Of a stretch of DNA of 24,182 nucleotides, positions 21,182 to 24,182 are shown one piece after another. The notes beneath the pieces were generated by a model, which was given only the letters and a program-made list of their open reading frames with translations, ran no database searches and was not told the origin of the DNA. The position numbers were made by a program, and so were the translations under genes. Source of the DNA: Chiloscyllium plagiosum (taxonomy: Eukaryota); contig NC_057711.1 of assembly GCF_004010195.1 (NCBI RefSeq), positions 70,188,944-70,213,125 of the forward strand, read 5' to 3'. Numbering within the stretch: position 1 is the stretch's first letter; each line of letters starts with the position of its first letter.

Positions 21182-21506
21182 CCTCCCACCCGCTAGTGAC
21201 CTCCGACAACTTCTTCAGAATGAAGCTTGAACATATGCACCAACAAGTTCAGGAACAGCCTCTTCCCTGCTGTTATTAGGCTGATGAATGGACTCTCTAA
21301 CTTCAGCTAATTCTGATCTTGTTAATGTTGATCTTGTCTAGCCTACATTCTGTGTGGTGTAAACTATATGCCTTACTCTGTCCAAGTGTTTTTTTCACCA
21401 TATGATCTGTATGTCCTTGCTAACTATGATCTGCCTGTACTGCTTGCAAACAAAGCTTTTCACTGTACTTAGGTACACGTGACAATAAATCAAATCAAAT
21501 TAAATC
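21182..21506 (+). mobile_element. Rex1/Babar-type LINE 3' end
   Basis: SHP...QLL...SLNICTNKFRNSLFPAVIRLMN (Rex1 T.R..NSFFP.AIRLLN); the 3' UTR ends gtgacAATAAAtcaaatcaaattaaatc. Confidence 0.85.
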
Positions 21507-22429
21507 ATTATTAGAAGTATATCCATAATACCTTTTAAAAGGAAAATACAAATAAGTTTGGAAGAGAGACATATGTGTGCATAAAGTTAGAATAGAGCAA
21601 TGGGATTAAATGGACAATACAACAATACAAGCAGAGACCCAATAGGCCAAGTAGCTCTGTGGTGCCTAATTCAGTGATATTATTTGTTTTTGAGAAGTAT
21701 GTGATTTCTCTCATTGTTCCTCTGGATAACAAGTTTATTCACTGACCTCAGGACCGACCATGGCCCACTCAGCAAAGTAACCAACTTGGATACACAGCTC
21801 TGACTGTTGACTGATCAGATCCCTGACCCGTCGATGTACAGATGCTCACCTGATGATCCATGATTCCTGGCTGGATTCACTGAACTGGCTGGACTGACTG
21901 TGGATCCACCTTAGACTGGAGTAAAATGGACCCGCTGACCTCAGAAGAGGACCTTTGACTGTGTCCAACCAATGTGGATGCAGAGCTTGACTGGACTGTA
22001 CCAGGATCTCCTTACTGACAGCAGACCCTCTTGACTTGAGGTCTCTTCCCCTTTGACTTTGAGACATAGCCATTTGGTTGATGCACATGCACTGTGTTTA
22101 CCACACAGCCTGTTAGCATATGCTACAGTTGTGAGGTTGAGATAGCAATGTGTTGTTCACTAAATGTCATCCCCTTTGATTGAAGACTTCTGACAAGTAT
22201 GACAAACTACCTATCTTTGTATCTGCATTAAAGGCAAGGCAAGAAAGCAGTACTGTGAGCTTTTAAGGTCTGACTGAGGGGTAAAATACTGAAAGTCAAG
22301 GTGAAGCAAGTCAAGACAGGGATTCTGTCAGCATTGAGGAAGGACACGCATGTGGACTAAGAGAGAGAAAGAGCAGCCCTGAGGTGCAGTCTGGCTTAGC
22401 CCATGAACTCAGTGCCTGACCTTGTGTGT

Positions 22430-23060
22430 AAAGTGTCCTTGGAGCAGGATTGCAATGAAAGATGCCAGTGTTCTCCAAACTGCAGTACAGGTATCCTCCG
22501 CTTTTCGAACATTTGCTTTATGCCACTTCTGCTTTTAGGAAAATCTTACATTAATACCTGTTTAGCGAATCTAAAGAGGATTTTCGCTTTTATGAAAAAC
22601 GGCAAAATTTTACCCAAATAAATCATGCATATTCGCTTTATGCCATTTACGGCTTACAAAAGGTTTCCTGGAATGTTCTACTTCGGATAGCAGGGGATAC
22701 CTGTATTAAAACAAAGAACCCAATGTAAGTGGCTCAAAAGTATGCCAAAATGATGAGTTGAGGCTGGTACATGTCAGATGCTAATTGGGTACATGTGGAC
22801 ATAGCCCATGAAGCATGCCCTGAGATGTTTGTGCTGGGTGTCCAAGTTGGAGGCCTAGGAGAGCAAGCAGTGAGCTGGAGTCACCAGGAACTTGTTCTGA
22901 CCTTCATGTCACGGATTCATGGTGTCTAGTTCCTAACTTGCACATGGAAGAATGTCAAACTATGAGATTAGTTCAGAATGAGTTTGTTCATGAATGATGA
23001 TCATGCTCATCGGCCTCTTGCTGCTCAGTAGTGAGAATCTCATGCCTATGTCCAGGACTT
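22430..23060 (-). mobile_element. Probable decayed ORF1 of an I/Nimb/Jockey-group LINE (three CCHC knuckles), split by the MITE
   Basis: Minus strand, joining across frameshifts: QTHSELIS*FDILP..MKVR.KFLVTPAHCLL..LQLGHPAQTSQG...CPHVPN*HLTC...LCFN[MITE]CS.GEHWHLSLQSCSK. Confidence 0.45.
22488..22703. mobile_element. 216-bp Tc1/mariner-pogo (Tigger-like) MITE
   Basis: TA duplication at 22486-22487 and 22704-22705. TIRs CAGGTATCCTCCGCT and AGCAGGGGATACCTG. Internal repeats atttgctttatgccactt (22511) and attcgctttatgccattt (22631). Confidence 0.9.
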
Positions 23061-23922
23061 GGTTGGAAAATTTGACATTTTTTGATCTTGATGTCACAAA
23101 GACCTCTGTTGACATCTCACCTGATTTTCCTGAATTTCTTGCTATCGCCCTCATTGTTCAAGGGTTGGGAAGATTCTGATAAAAAGCAGAGAGAGAGAGT
23201 TGAATGTTTTGTGAAGTTTGTAAGTCTATTACAGCATTCTCTACAAGATTCAACAAAATATCCTCCTGTTCTCATTGACCTATTGAATATTACATCTTCC
23301 CAATCAATCTATTATTGCCTCTTAAAACCTTTTAAACCCATTTGAAGACAGTAGAATGTCTTCCTTATAGCACTTTGGTGTTCCTTGGGAACCACCCCTT
23401 AGGTCTGATGTACATTTAATTCCATTAACTGTGTAGACCTGGGCCATGGGTCTTTTCAGGTCTGATTGATCTTTTGATTTATTGACAGTAAATTCCATGA
23501 AGACTTTGCTGGATTTGTTGCTGTAGTAAGATGAGGTGTTCACTCATCAACATGAACATGAACAAACTCTATTAAGAATGCATTAACATTTAGAATGTAT
23601 TGTAAGAGAGGACATCATCTAGAACACTACAGCATAGGATCCAATACCATGACTTTACCTTTAAGCAAGTGGTCAGTAGTTATTTCTAGAGTAAAATTAG
23701 GAAAAACCATGCAATGCCAATCCCTGCTTCTCTTTTTCAGTAGCCCTTTAAACTCTTAGTATATAGTCACATATATTATTTAACTCTTTGCTTCCACTTC
23801 CCTACCGAGGGTCCATGCACTGTGACTGGTGTACCAACACTCATCACGGCATTGACAACTCGTTGCTGTGAATGAATCTTGTGGTCTGCACAGCCAAAGA
23901 AAAGACTAGAGGGAATGCTGCA

Positions 23923-24182
23923 CCCACTCAAACTCACTCCCTCACACACACAATTACCCACTCAGACTCACATCCTCACACACACACACAATAACACACA
24001 TAGACTAAAACCCGTAATACAAGATAACTCACTCAGATTCATACCCTCACACACAATATCCACTCAGACTGATACCCTCTCACACACAATAACTCACTCA
24101 GATTCACACAATCTCACACACACAGTAATCCACTCAGATTCACATAGTCTCTCACACACAATAACCTACTCAGACTCACACC
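23923..24182. repeat. CA-rich minisatellite, unit about 34-36 bp, running off the window end
   Basis: At least 6 degenerate copies of CACTCAGA(C/T)TCA(C/T)A..CTCACACACAATAAC. Confidence 0.9.

Larger units (their letters stand above)
549..24182 (+). other. PRDM6: PRDM6 intron, extending beyond the window
   Basis: Starts with GTAAGT. I could not find the expected last exon (CERCERSFTQATQLSRHQR...) in the window, and the sequence is dominated by repeats. Confidence 0.8.

Noticed and set aside
22403..22621. Cys-rich ORF (DCNERCQCSPNC) as the missing last PRDM6 zinc-finger exon
   Set aside because: It lacks C2H2 spacing and the SFTQATQLSRH motif, and it runs into the MITE.
23290..23370. Minus-strand EDI.YCLQ...DVIF resembling a Tx1/ZCCHC3-like ORF1 start
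   Set aside because: It needs a frameshift, the spacing is off and stops intervene. Too short to call.
23923..24182. Regularly spaced repeats as a CRISPR-like array
   Set aside because: The whole unit is repeated with no unique spacers, there are no cas genes, and the context is a vertebrate intron.

Overview
This is eukaryotic, almost certainly elasmobranch (shark) genomic DNA. It carries HE1 V-SINEs, a SacSINE1-type DeuSINE and shark-type CR1, L2, Rex1 and Penelope relics. The only host coding sequence I can support is one 177-nt + strand exon (372-548) encoding two C2H2 zinc fingers of PRDM6. This exon is missing from the ORF track, and most listed ORFs are chance frames or transposon relics. 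The terminal PRDM6 exon was not found, so 549-24182 is best read as part of one large intron. That intron holds a Penelope-like element with tandem terminal repeats each carrying a minimal hammerhead ribozyme, two more hammerhead-type inverted terminal-repeat relics, an RT-less Gypsy element with both LTRs, a Tigger/pogo-type MITE, a probable I/Nimb-type ORF1 relic and a minisatellite. The best leads are three. (1) A candidate in-frame 9-nt microexon (9835-9843) that would add three residues to the linker before the last PRDM6 zinc finger, in the manner of WT1 +KTS. (2) The covarying tandem hammerheads on the sense strand of the pre-mRNA. (3) A 35/36-identical inverted templated insertion inside an otherwise ancient Gypsy element. 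Family assignments come from recalled motifs and consensus sequences; no database searches were run.
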